From positions 1-37,615 of IMG/VR virus record IMGVR_UViG_3300046705_000093: a DNA stretch of 37,615 bases. One strand, written 5' to 3'. Below are positions 24,081 to 32,662 of the stretch, piece after piece. The position numbers and the translations under genes were made by a program. A model generated the notes under the pieces. It was given only the letters and a program-made list of their open reading frames with translations. It did no database searches and was not told the DNA's origin. Positions within the stretch are counted from its first letter, which is position 1, and each line of letters opens with the position of its first letter. This DNA is from a virus. Taxonomy: Duplodnaviria; Caudoviricetes.

Positions 24081-24154
24081 GCTGTGGTCGTCTAAGGGTA
24101 AGACATCTGATTGTGTCTCAGAAAATACCTGTTCGAGTCAGGTCCGCAGTACCA
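24081..24154 (+). tRNA. tRNA-His(GTG), alphaproteobacterial type (no G-1; G1.U72, A73)
   Basis: GCTGTGG/CCGCAGT, TCTGA-TT-GTG-TC-TCAGA, ACCTG-TTCGAGT-CAGGT, ACCA. Confidence 0.9.
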
Positions 24155-24227
24155 TCCAAACATGTTAACCGAACCCCGTTTCCGTTAACCTATCGCGGGG
24201 ATCATGTTCGTGACGCCACGAAATTGA

Positions 24228-24602
24228 TCAACCAGCCAGCCAGTAGAACCCCATAGAGCAGCCAAGGAACACGGCTCCCGCTGCGACGAAGACATAAGGC
24301 ACTGGCGTAGACAGAAACGCCGCCGCTCCGGTAGACAGAGCGATGATGGCGAAATCCTCGGAGCGGTTGACGTATTGCTTGGCTTCCCGAACGCGCGTTA
24401 GAATTGCCTCCAGCTTGGCGGCAGCCTTGGAAGCCGGCTTGCCAACCTTGACGACTTCCGCCCGCATCCGTTGCGTGGAGATATGGATTTCCAGCCTCGT
24501 GATCGCCTGAGATGTTTCATCGGAAACACCGGAGACATGGGTTGACCATCCGGCCACCATTACAAGAATGAAGGCGAGGAGGGTTTTGGCGCGGTCAGTC
24601 AT
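24228..24602 (-). CDS. Membrane protein downstream of the spanins (holin candidate)
   Basis: N- and C-terminal hydrophobic segments; coupled to the o-spanin. Confidence 0.6.
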   Translation of the reverse strand: MTDRAKTLLAFILVMVAGWSTHVSGVSDETSQAITRLEIHISTQRMRAEVVKVGKPASKAAAKLEAILTRVREAKQYVNRSEDFAIIALSTGAAAFLSTPVPYVFVAAGAVFLGCSMGFYWLAG

Positions 24603-24859
24603 TTCCGGCATTCCTCGTGCGCAAGGATAGCGCGCTTGAGAGCCGAGTTTTTCCGATGGCCATCCACTATAAGGTTCGCGGCCACTTGCGCCGCCGTATC
24701 GCCTTCTACGCGCGGCTTGCGCCTGCTCTCCGCAACGATGTCATGTGGAACCGGCGGACAGGATAATGCCGTGTCAACGATTGCCGGCGGCGAGGCGGTG
24801 CAATTTACCAAGCTCAGACTCACTAAGCTTGCAAGAGCCAGGCGCAAGACGGCTTTCAT
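24599..24859 (-). CDS. o-spanin-like lipoprotein (Rz1-like)
   Basis: Signal peptide ending LSLVNC, Pro/Cys-rich (CPPVP), overlaps the i-spanin 3' end. Confidence 0.7.
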   Translation of the reverse strand: MKAVLRLALASLVSLSLVNCTASPPAIVDTALSCPPVPHDIVAESRRKPRVEGDTAAQVAANLIVDGHRKNSALKRAILAHEECRK

Positions 24860-25115
24860 GTGCGATACTTTCTGCAACGGCTTTCCAGCGTTCGATTTCG
24901 GATTGGTCGGCTTCGGCGCGCTTCGCGTCGGCCTTGATGATGGCTTCCTTCTGCGCGGCGGCGCGGTGAAGCTCCGTGACTTGAGCGCGCCAGTGATCGG
25001 CGTTCGAGGCGTTCCAGCCCTTGAAAAAGCCTCCCGAAAATGACACCGTCACTGTAAACGCGATGGCCATCCAGAACGATGGGTTGAACGCCAGCGCTAC
25101 AAGACCGCCGATCAT
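24774..25115 (-). CDS. i-spanin (Rz-like)
   Basis: N-terminal TM, coiled coil, C-terminal Cys; follows the endolysin. Confidence 0.75.
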   Translation of the reverse strand: MIGGLVALAFNPSFWMAIAFTVTVSFSGGFFKGWNASNADHWRAQVTELHRAAAQKEAIIKADAKRAEADQSEIERWKAVAESIAHESRLAPGSCKLSESELGKLHRLAAGNR

Positions 25116-25960
25116 CGTGGCTTTCCTCTATCGGAAATGCGCTGTGCTATCACGCCGATGATGCAGAAGGCTGTGAGGCCAACGAGAATGGTCGGCGTCA
25201 TTTTGACCAGCGCATCGAAAGGCGATAGCTGCGTCTTAAGGCTGACGATCTCCGGACCGGCTTCCTTGACGATACCGAATAGCCAGTCGTAAGCATTGGT
25301 GATCTGCGTAGCGAGCCATGTAGCGAAAGCTCCGACGCCCCACTTAACGGTCTTGCTGTCCTTGGCCGTCTTAAGAATAGTTGGCCGATCTTCCGTCACA
25401 GCCTGTGGCATCGGCTCGGGGACAGTTCCTTCCGCAGGAACGGCCACTGTTTCAGGCAGCGGGACGATATCGTTGTCAGGATCGGTCAGCCAGATTTTCA
25501 CTTCCCGCTTGCGACGATTGAGAAGCCCATTGTAATGCTTGCCGCTGACGGCCCCCCTCGTGAACTGGAGCATTCCGGCCGGGACGCCGAGATAGTTGCC
25601 CTTGTTCAAATTCTTGATGAAAGTCGCCTGCTTGTGTCCGATGCCGGTGCACCAGCCTATACCGATATTGTAAAATACCGATATGAGGGCGTCGAACTGC
25701 GGTTGCGTCAAGGGGACTTTTACACTAGAATTTATAGCATCTTCAATGCGCTGGCATTCCTTGCGAAGCTGGCGGTCAGCTTCATCTTCGGTGATTGTGT
25801 CGCCGTCTCTGACGGGCGTCTTCATATCCCATCGGATCGTGCCCCAGCCGATCGTCCAAACACCCTCACTATCCTGGTAAGCGCGATCATAGAAAGTACC
25901 CGTCTTTAGATTGCGCTCCCAATATTTGATTTCATCGAGGGCAAGCTTTCCGGCTTCCAT
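25112..25960 (-). CDS. Endolysin, GH24 lysozyme with C-terminal hydrophobic segments
   Basis: E..AYQDSEGVWTIGWGT, LTQPQFDALIS..YNIG, GLLNRRKRE. Confidence 0.92.
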   Translation of the reverse strand: MEAGKLALDEIKYWERNLKTGTFYDRAYQDSEGVWTIGWGTIRWDMKTPVRDGDTITEDEADRQLRKECQRIEDAINSSVKVPLTQPQFDALISVFYNIGIGWCTGIGHKQATFIKNLNKGNYLGVPAGMLQFTRGAVSGKHYNGLLNRRKREVKIWLTDPDNDIVPLPETVAVPAEGTVPEPMPQAVTEDRPTILKTAKDSKTVKWGVGAFATWLATQITNAYDWLFGIVKEAGPEIVSLKTQLSPFDALVKMTPTILVGLTAFCIIGVIAQRISDRGKPR

Positions 25961-25981
25961 TCGCTATTCCTTCTGGCTTTC

Positions 25982-26008
25982 AAAGAAAAAGCCCCTGAGA
26001 AGGGGCGG
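25982..26008 (-). terminator. Intrinsic terminator after the tail fibre gene
   Basis: Minus strand GCCCCT-TCTC-AGGGGC-TTTTTCTTT. Confidence 0.7.
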
Positions 26009-26029
26009 GATTTGAATTGCGGGAGTGGA

Positions 26030-27892
26030 CTAAGCCACAGGGAACACGATCACATCAACGCGCCCATCAGCGCCTGCACCTGAGGCCCCACCAGTTTCAG
26101 CCGACCCACCGCCTCCTCCTGGTTGTGTTCCCGCTGTACCATTGGCTCCGTCAACACCGCCAGCACCGCCATTGCCCCCATTGATACTTACTCCGCCAGC
26201 AAACGCGGTTGAAGCGTTATTGCCACCGCCGCCGCCTCCACCGTTGACACTAGCTCCTCCAACAGCTCCGGAACCTCCACCACCACCGTGATCAATACCA
26301 GCCGTTCCTGCCACTCCACTAGTACCGCCCTGTCCTAATCGTATTGGTCCAGTCGTATTCGTTACTATCAATGGCGAACCAGGCGTTATCCCGGAAGCAG
26401 CGCCTAAAGGCCCACCGCCACCGCCTCCAGTAGGATTAACAACCGCTCCTGCACCCAAATAAGCAGTCACGTGCGAACCAAATGTTGTATTTCCTCCATC
26501 ATTGCCGGTTCCCGTACCGCTACTGACTGAAGCACCCCCAGCACCAATCGTGACGGTCTCCGTTGAGCCAAGTTCGCTTAGCAGCATCTGTCGAGATACA
26601 TAACCGCCGCCGCCGCCGCCGGAAGAGGTCGAAGCGCTGGCTCCGCTGCCTCCAGCGCCCCAAGCGCGAATGAGAACAATGCTGTTCGTGCCGAATTCAG
26701 CGTCTGTCGGCTTGGTCCATGTGCCAGAGGCGTTGAAGCGTTGGAAGTCCTGCGATCCGCCTCCGCCACCGCCAGATCCCAGGATTGTTTCTGTCCCTGC
26801 GGAATCCAGCGTTGCGAGCTTTGTTGTCCCGCCATCATCAACGGGATATACTCGCAAGGAATTTGCAGCCGGATTTGACGGCGTGGAGATTTCAGCGCCT
26901 TCAAGATATCCGGAAAGTGTCGTGTTTACAAACGTTGGGCTTGGCAGACTGAGCGTCCGGTCGGCGTCCCCCGTCGTCAGCGTCAGCGTCCGGTCTGCTG
27001 TCAAATCTGATCCCGGCGCTATAATCAGGTCATGGCTGGCGTTGGTGTCGAGAAGATGGAGGCCGGTGTTTGGAAGCGTGAGCGGGCCGGTGACGATCTC
27101 AACGCTGCCGTCTGCGCGGAATCTTGCACGCCGCGTAAGTGTTTGACCGCCATTGTTGGTATAAATGTCAACAGCGCCATACATGACATTGTTGGCGGCG
27201 ACCCCATCAACAACAAAGCGAATTTCTGCGCCGAGCTCATAATCTGTGCCGTCTTGTCCGAGGCCGATAATGCGCCCGAGCGTATCTCCATCATCAACGA
27301 GCGTCGGGGATGCATGCGTGCCGTCCGATCGCAGGAATAGTAAATGCCCACCAAAATCATTGGTATCCGTATGACGGTGAACAACAATGCCGCCTAAATC
27401 TGCGGTTCCTTCGCTGTGTACTTCAAGATCGGAAACAACCGAGGCACCCGCAATCGTATGGGTAATATCGCCATTGCCATCCGATGAGATGATAACTGGT
27501 TTACTATATTTGAAGGCGTCGGCACTTTCATCCCATGAGAAAGTTGGGGCGCCTGTAACGCCTACCGTCAGAAGATCGGCGTCGATATCCGAGCCTGGGT
27601 TTACATCGACGCCATTTGCTCCGGATAGGGTGAGGCTTGCCGCACCGGAAATGTTGTCGCTGTCATCAATGATAACGCCGGAGCCCTGAATGAGTTTTCC
27701 GGTTGCGCCGTCATAACGGGCAATGGCGTTGTCTGTTGCCGATGCCGGACCGACGACATCAGCGTCAGTTTCCGTTTGAAACGGTAGCGTGCCGATCTGG
27801 ATCTTTCGCGAACTGCTGTCGACGACACCATAAATGAATTCTCCGGTATCAGACGAACCTTGCGTAAGGTTGGAGAGTGCTTTATCGCTCAT
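26030..27892 (-). CDS. Tail fibre / receptor-binding protein with glycine-rich C-terminal domain
   Basis: GPASATDNAIARYDGATGKLIQ, LTADRTLTL, FNASGTWTKP..WGAGGSG..GGGGGGY..GADGRV. Confidence 0.85.
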   Translation of the reverse strand: MSDKALSNLTQGSSDTGEFIYGVVDSSSRKIQIGTLPFQTETDADVVGPASATDNAIARYDGATGKLIQGSGVIIDDSDNISGAASLTLSGANGVDVNPGSDIDADLLTVGVTGAPTFSWDESADAFKYSKPVIISSDGNGDITHTIAGASVVSDLEVHSEGTADLGGIVVHRHTDTNDFGGHLLFLRSDGTHASPTLVDDGDTLGRIIGLGQDGTDYELGAEIRFVVDGVAANNVMYGAVDIYTNNGGQTLTRRARFRADGSVEIVTGPLTLPNTGLHLLDTNASHDLIIAPGSDLTADRTLTLTTGDADRTLSLPSPTFVNTTLSGYLEGAEISTPSNPAANSLRVYPVDDGGTTKLATLDSAGTETILGSGGGGGGSQDFQRFNASGTWTKPTDAEFGTNSIVLIRAWGAGGSGASASTSSGGGGGGYVSRQMLLSELGSTETVTIGAGGASVSSGTGTGNDGGNTTFGSHVTAYLGAGAVVNPTGGGGGGPLGAASGITPGSPLIVTNTTGPIRLGQGGTSGVAGTAGIDHGGGGGSGAVGGASVNGGGGGGGNNASTAFAGGVSINGGNGGAGGVDGANGTAGTQPGGGGGSAETGGASGAGADGRVDVIVFPVA

Positions 27893-28128
27893 AAGACGGT
27901 TCCAACTCTTTTTGTAATTGATGCGGAAATTGCCGTTGCATCGCCTTCAAGCTTCAATTTATCCGTTCCAGATTGCACATCGCCATCAAGCAGCAAATAG
28001 CCGGACTCGTCGCCTTCGAGCAGAAGCAGATGGTGTATTCTCGATATGGCTCCACCTGACGGGCTCTCTCCAACGCGTGGAGTTGAGTTTTCAGCCGGCG
28101 CGGAACTGATGCGTTTCGTTATTCCCAA
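27889..28128 (-). CDS. Small tail-associated hypothetical protein
   Basis: Repeated LLLEGD/LLLDGD/LKLEGD; coupled to the tail fibre; start uncertain. Confidence 0.6.
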   Translation of the reverse strand: MGITKRISSAPAENSTPRVGESPSGGAISRIHHLLLLEGDESGYLLLDGDVQSGTDKLKLEGDATAISASITKRVGTVL

Positions 28129-28142
28129 TGAGGATTTCCCAA

Positions 28143-28166
28143 TAAAAAAGCCCCGGAGAAGGGACT
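28143..28166 (-). terminator. Terminator-like hairpin, related to the one at 25982
   Basis: Minus strand GTCCCT-TCTC-CGGGGC-TTTTTT. Confidence 0.55.
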
Positions 28167-28197
28167 TGGTGTAACTGAGGATGTTTAGAGGCGGCGG

Positions 28198-28398
28198 CTA
28201 TTCAGGCAGTCCAGCTTCCGTAAGTAGTTCATTGATCCGACGCCTGCGTTCTTCACCGGTCAACCCAAGGAACTGCTCATCTTCCGCACACAAACGGTCA
28301 ACGAGCAGATTGATGAAATCCACCCCGTAGCCAAGCCGATGGCAAACGGTCCACATCATATCGAGTTGCGTCTGCATCCACGGTGCGGTCTTAGTCAT
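28198..28398 (-). CDS. Hypothetical protein
   Basis: Coupled ORF, AAGGA RBS. Confidence 0.65.
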   Translation of the reverse strand: MTKTAPWMQTQLDMMWTVCHRLGYGVDFINLLVDRLCAEDEQFLGLTGEERRRRINELLTEAGLPE

Positions 28399-28607
28399 CT
28401 GTCAGTTCCTTGAGCTTGAGACGGAGCGCGCAGAACTTCGAACATTCGATTCTGATATTCAGCTTCGCGTCGAGCGGCTTTCAGTTCGGCGTTTGCCTTA
28501 ATGGCATCGTGGGCAACCTCATATGCCATAGCCACGATCTTCATCTGCATTCTCATTTGAGCGGCGAAAAATGCTGCCGTGAGTTCGTCGCTATCTTCCT
28601 TGCGCAT
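28395..28607 (-). CDS. Hypothetical coiled-coil protein
   Basis: GGAGG RBS before ATG 28607. Confidence 0.65.
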   Translation of the reverse strand: MRKEDSDELTAAFFAAQMRMQMKIVAMAYEVAHDAIKANAELKAARREAEYQNRMFEVLRAPSQAQGTDR

Positions 28608-28900
28608 CACTTCCTCCCACCGATACAATGATACCCTTGCGTTCCGAAGTACTCATAGGTGCCGCCGGAGAGACGGCATTCGAGTTTTGCGCGGTCGTGA
28701 ATTTCTCTGGCTGTAGGGCCGTCTGGCGTAGGTCGGTAAATTGTCAGCAGACCTATTGCGATACCGAGAAATACGAACAGTAGCAGCGCGAACGGAAAAA
28801 CTTCGCCATTGCGAGCCTTCTCTTCTTCAGCCTGCATCTGGCGAAAAAGTTTGTCCGCATGCCTACCTGCATAATCGTCTTCGTCGCAGCGTGCGCTCAT
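28607..28900 (-). CDS. Single-TM protein with C-terminal Cys pair
   Basis: Start MSARC at 28900 with GGAG RBS; ECRLSGG..YHC. Confidence 0.65.
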   Translation of the reverse strand: MSARCDEDDYAGRHADKLFRQMQAEEEKARNGEVFPFALLLFVFLGIAIGLLTIYRPTPDGPTAREIHDRAKLECRLSGGTYEYFGTQGYHCIGGRK

Positions 28901-28904
28901 CTCT

Positions 28905-29084
28905 TTACTCTCCGCTGGGTTGGGAGGGAGCGGGCGGGACAAAACGATGCCGTTGAACGAGGCAACCATCAACGCCTTGTCGTCTCGCTTCCGCCTGCGC
29001 ATCTTCGAAGTCTTCATATACTGCAAAGACATCGTAGCGAAAGTCTGCGTTCTGAATCAGCAGGACGAAAACCGCGTCGCTCAT
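28905..29084 (-). CDS. Hypothetical protein (59 aa, MSDAVFVLLIQ...; not in ORF track)
   Basis: Own translation; GAGGG RBS, fills the gap in the operon. Confidence 0.55.
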   Translation of the reverse strand: MSDAVFVLLIQNADFRYDVFAVYEDFEDAQAEARRQGVDGCLVQRHRFVPPAPSQPSGE

Positions 29085-29111
29085 ACTACCCTCAATCCGT
29101 CTTCTCGAAGC

Positions 29112-29378
29112 TCACGCATCCTCTTGAGACCGTCGCCAATCGTCCGAATATTTGAACAGACCGAAGTGACCGTCTGGTGACTTGTAATGCCGGACCTTCC
29201 CGTCACCGACTTCAAGAATAAGCGTACCGCATTCCGGACATTCGAACATCTGTTTGGTGTGAGCCGACAGGTCGTCAACATGATCGATAGTCCATGTCGA
29301 TGCCCACCCGCCTTCATTCTCGTTCGGCTGCGCGACATCGCTGATCCGTTCGCCGCAGGTGCAGATTACGTATCCCAT
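29112..29378 (-). CDS. Zinc-ribbon protein
   Basis: CTCG..ECPECG. Confidence 0.7.
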   Translation of the reverse strand: MGYVICTCGERISDVAQPNENEGGWASTWTIDHVDDLSAHTKQMFECPECGTLILEVGDGKVRHYKSPDGHFGLFKYSDDWRRSQEDA

Positions 29379-29623
29379 TGCGCCACCCTCAGTCCATCCG
29401 GTTTAAGTTCAACGCCGTTGTTCATGAAGCCTGCGTGTATCTTTTGCGCTGATGACTTGGATATTTTATTCTGACTTGCTTCGTAGCGCCACAAGGTTTT
29501 CCTTGGAATTCCTAGTTTTTCTACAGCAATATCAAGTGTCCACCCCAACCACGCGCGTCCCGCACGGATATGACTTGGAGAAATATAGGAATAATCATTT
29601 TTTGTGTTGACATGCGTGCTCAT
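29366..29623 (-). CDS. XRE-like HTH regulator
   Basis: SPSHIRAGRAWLGWT..LGIPRKTLWRYE..GVE. Confidence 0.8.
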   Translation of the reverse strand: MSTHVNTKNDYSYISPSHIRAGRAWLGWTLDIAVEKLGIPRKTLWRYEASQNKISKSSAQKIHAGFMNNGVELKPDGLRVAQWDT

Positions 29624-29675
29624 AGTGACCATACTGTAGTCACTTGGCGTTTTTGTCAAGCTCGTTCTTTGACAA
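29607..29675 (+). promoter_or_regulatory. Sigma70-like promoter TTGACA-N17-CATACT and palindrome TTGTCAA-N9-TTGACAA
   Basis: Divergent junction between the XRE gene and rightward accessory genes. Confidence 0.5.
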
Positions 29676-29763
29676 TTTGAACCAGAACTTAGCCTGAAAC
29701 CGGCCCGGCCAGAGCTGTCACTCTGAGCCGAGCCTTATCGTAATCCCTCCGAAAGGATACACG

Positions 29764-29922
29764 ATGAATTCTAAGCTTAATGAAACTGCCGGTCAAGTGA
29801 CGCTCGACGATCTGATCGCCCTGACCAACGCCGACATCGACAAGATGCTGGCGGCAAACCGGGAGCAGGACGCCAAGTCCGCTCTCATCCTGAAGAGAAT
29901 TCTCACCGATGCGAAAAGGTGA
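29764..29922 (+). CDS. Hypothetical protein (52 aa, MNSKLNETAGQV...; not in ORF track)
   Basis: Own translation; AAAGGA RBS. Confidence 0.55.
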   Translation: MNSKLNETAGQVTLDDLIALTNADIDKMLAANREQDAKSALILKRILTDAKR

Positions 29923-29978
29923 GATTGCTGGCCCGGTCCTCTATAATGGGGGATCGGGCAGTTTAGGAGAACAGAAAA

Positions 29979-30311
29979 ATGACAGGACCAATGCCGCCAC
30001 AACATCCGGGCTTCAATGCCCCGGACTGGGCAATTCGAAAATACGAGCAAAGGCTTAGAACATATCGCGAAGCAAATGATGCCTTCTTGAAAGGCTTGCT
30101 GAACATTGTCCTATTTGGCGGCGCGATGATCCTGACCGTAGCCACCTACGCTTTGCTGACCTTTGTCCCCGATATCTCCAGTTTCATAACTGGAACCCTA
30201 GCGAAGCTGGGCTTAGAAGGCATGCTGGCATACGCAGCCAGACTGCTTCTGGCTTACCTGATTTTCCGCATCTTCTGGCTTTTACTGAAACATTTCAGCC
30301 GATGCGAATGA
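29979..30311 (+). CDS. 2-TM membrane protein
   Basis: AGGAG RBS; hydrophobic segments. Confidence 0.7.
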   Translation: MTGPMPPQHPGFNAPDWAIRKYEQRLRTYREANDAFLKGLLNIVLFGGAMILTVATYALLTFVPDISSFITGTLAKLGLEGMLAYAARLLLAYLIFRIFWLLLKHFSRCE

Positions 30312-30367
30312 ATTCCCCTAACCGGGAATAAGCCGCCCGGCGAGCGTCATCAGCGCTCAGCCGGGTA

Positions 30368-30952
30368 TCAAACGCTAGCCCACTTTTCTCTCTTCACGAT
30401 ACGCTGAATGTGAGTTCGGCAAACTCCGAACTTTTTGGATAATTCACCAGTGGTCGCCGAACCATGTAGTCGCCGAATTTCTAAAACATCATCATCAGTC
30501 AAGCGTGCATTGTAGTGAGATTTGCCCTTAGGAAGGGTGTTATGGACAGCTCTATCTTGATTGTTCTCAGACGGAGAAGCCCATCGGATGTGTTGCGGGT
30601 TGCAGCAATCTCTATTTCCGCAACTATGCGCTGCGTGATGTTTATCAGTGGGAGGCGCGCCATGAACTTCCTCACACAAAGCGCGAGACACTGTCGCGGT
30701 CCGTTTCCCACGTTTGATCACGGGATAACCGCCATGATCCCGACTCTTAAATGGCCAGATCACACAATTACTTGAAGTAGTTTTGATTACTTCGGCAAAG
30801 AAGGTTTGCAGCAGCCCCGCTGGGGTAGGACTTGGACTACCCTTCAATGGATCTCCGTAGCGCCACCAACGCTTATAATGCGCATTACACCATTCGCGCC
30901 TGTGAAACGGCTTGTCGCATCCTTCGACAGAGCATATGCGTAGTTCAGCCAT
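30368..30952 (-). CDS. HNH homing-endonuclease-like protein
   Basis: CSVEGC..CNAHY.RW.RYGDP, AAHSCGNRDCCNPQHIRWASPSENNQD, C-terminal HTH. Confidence 0.9.
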   Translation of the reverse strand: MAELRICSVEGCDKPFHRREWCNAHYKRWWRYGDPLKGSPSPTPAGLLQTFFAEVIKTTSSNCVIWPFKSRDHGGYPVIKRGKRTATVSRALCEEVHGAPPTDKHHAAHSCGNRDCCNPQHIRWASPSENNQDRAVHNTLPKGKSHYNARLTDDDVLEIRRLHGSATTGELSKKFGVCRTHIQRIVKREKWASV

Positions 30953-31095
30953 TCTCGATCCTCCTATGATCGGGCCTTGGTTAGAACGCGCCCGTGTTGG
31001 AAGCACGAGGCGCGTTCGCTGTTTGCGGGCTATGCCCGTAATAACCCAGGAAGGTTACAGCCTTCCTTAACTTCAATCGCTAATGAGGTATTAGC

Positions 31096-31959
31096 ATGAA
31101 AGAAGATATCACCATAAAAAAATGGGCGCAATGGCTTGCAGGCATATCCCTGCTCTCCGTCTCGCTCGCGGCGGCTGGCATCTCGCTTGCCGTCAACTTT
31201 CAGGCCGGGCTGATCGTCCATATCGCCATTGCCGCCATGCTCGGACTTTCCGACATCGGCAAGATCCTGATCCCTGTCGTCTGTCAGGGCATCGGATGGA
31301 CGCTTCAGAGCCGCGTGACTTACGCGGTCGTGTCCGTGACCTCCGTCGTCTGTGCCTTCATCTTCATCGAAGCCATGTTCGACGCGCAGCATTCGAAAGT
31401 CGCGAACCAGACTGTCCTGACCCAAAATGCAGACCAGCGCATTGCTGATCTGCGCACGTCTCTGGCGACAACCCGCCAGATGGCGGCAGAAGAAGCGCAG
31501 CGCGGCGGCTGTGGCGATAAATGCCAAGCGCTGACTGCTGAGACTGCGAAACTCGAAACTGCCGTCACGAACGCTGTGAGCGCCCGGAGCGGCATGAAGA
31601 CCAAAGCCGCAGTTCCGTCCCAAGGACGGGCATTGCTGCTTACGATCCTTGGACTCGCCGCAATGGAGTTGCTCTCGCATCTCGCGAGCAAGGCCGCATC
31701 CATGATCGGCATGGCCATGAAGCGGCGTGAAGTCGTCGCAAAGCCTGAAGCCAAAACCGAGGTTATTGCCACCATCGGCAAAAACTCCAAACCGGCCAAG
31801 GCCAAAAAGAAGACCCGCGCAAAACGCTGGTCGCCAGTCCAGACTCAGAAGATGCTTCAGGAAGCACTTCAGAAACCGGACGGACGGAAAATGCGGGCTC
31901 GTAATTCGAACCTTAAGATCACGCGAGCTGCAAATGCGAACGAACCAGTCGACGCTTGA
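31096..31959 (+). CDS. Multi-TM protein with coiled coil and basic tail
   Basis: Three N-terminal TMs, EEAQRGGCGDKC, one further TM; GAGG RBS. Confidence 0.8.
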   Translation: MKEDITIKKWAQWLAGISLLSVSLAAAGISLAVNFQAGLIVHIAIAAMLGLSDIGKILIPVVCQGIGWTLQSRVTYAVVSVTSVVCAFIFIEAMFDAQHSKVANQTVLTQNADQRIADLRTSLATTRQMAAEEAQRGGCGDKCQALTAETAKLETAVTNAVSARSGMKTKAAVPSQGRALLLTILGLAAMELLSHLASKAASMIGMAMKRREVVAKPEAKTEVIATIGKNSKPAKAKKKTRAKRWSPVQTQKMLQEALQKPDGRKMRARNSNLKITRAANANEPVDA

Positions 31960-31964
31960 ATTCT

Positions 31965-31996
31965 AATCCCCGTCAGGTAATCTGGCGGGGATTTTT
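31965..31996 (+). terminator. Intrinsic terminator
   Basis: AATCCCCGTCAG-GTAAT-CTGGCGGGGATT-TTT. Confidence 0.75.
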
Positions 31997-32017
31997 CATT
32001 TACAGGGATATTCAGAA

Positions 32018-32299
32018 ATGCTTCAGCTTTTCGCAGCAATGCTATTCGACCCGATTCTCATCGCTGTTGCCGTCATCGTCGGCTTGAGTGCGCAGCACAA
32101 GATAACGGTCATCGCGTCGATGGTCGCATTGGCATTGGCCATTACGGTCTATCTAAATAGTCAGCGTTACGTCGGCATGCCAGTAGATTATCTCGTGATG
32201 ACCTTCGGACTTCGCACGCTTGCCGCCTTGGCGTGGGGGCTGGCCGCGCGTGAAATAAAACTCCGCTGGCTTCGCCGATCGTCCGTTAAGGAGGGCTGA
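32018..32299 (+). CDS. Small 3-TM membrane protein
   Basis: Hydrophobic throughout. Confidence 0.7.
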   Translation: MLQLFAAMLFDPILIAVAVIVGLSAQHKITVIASMVALALAITVYLNSQRYVGMPVDYLVMTFGLRTLAALAWGLAAREIKLRWLRRSSVKEG

Positions 32300-32302
32300 G
32301 CG

Positions 32303-32662
32303 ATGAGCGAAGACTTGTCCCTGCCTGGCATTATTAGCGATAATCCGCGCAAGACGATGGTCGCGGCAATTGTCTTCTTTTGCCTTGCAGCCATCGGTGG
32401 CCAAGGCACGATGGCATTTGGTGCGATCGTGCTTTTCATCTGGGGCGCGGGCGCGTGGGGAGATTACGACCGCCATATCGCCAAGCGAGAATACGAGTTG
32501 GACAGGCTCGAACGAGAATTACGACTCCACCGGAGAGAGATCGAGGAAAGTTACCGAGAGGGTCTGGCCGAGGGCCAAGCTAACCGGAACGAACACGAGA
32601 AGAGATTCCCCAAGCTATATGCGGCCCGAACTAACGCGCAGGAACGCCGAGAGCTTGGTTGA
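32303..32662 (+). CDS. Membrane protein (2 TM + coiled coil)
   Basis: AAGGAGG RBS. Confidence 0.7.
   Translation: MSEDLSLPGIISDNPRKTMVAAIVFFCLAAIGGQGTMAFGAIVLFIWGAGAWGDYDRHIAKREYELDRLERELRLHRREIEESYREGLAEGQANRNEHEKRFPKLYAARTNAQERRELG

Noticed and set aside
20249-24154. tRNA genes as a prophage attachment boundary
   Set aside because: Phage genes flank both sides, no duplicated tRNA 3' end was seen, and the tRNAs are atypical for a host
24160-24192. CtrA box from two GTTAACC motifs
   Set aside because: TTAA half-sites are about 16 nt apart, not the TTAA-N7-TTAA spacing
26030-26780. GCC/CCA-rich repeats as a tandem array or diversity-generating target
   Set aside because: They encode the Gly-rich tail-fibre domain; no template repeat or reverse transcriptase in the window
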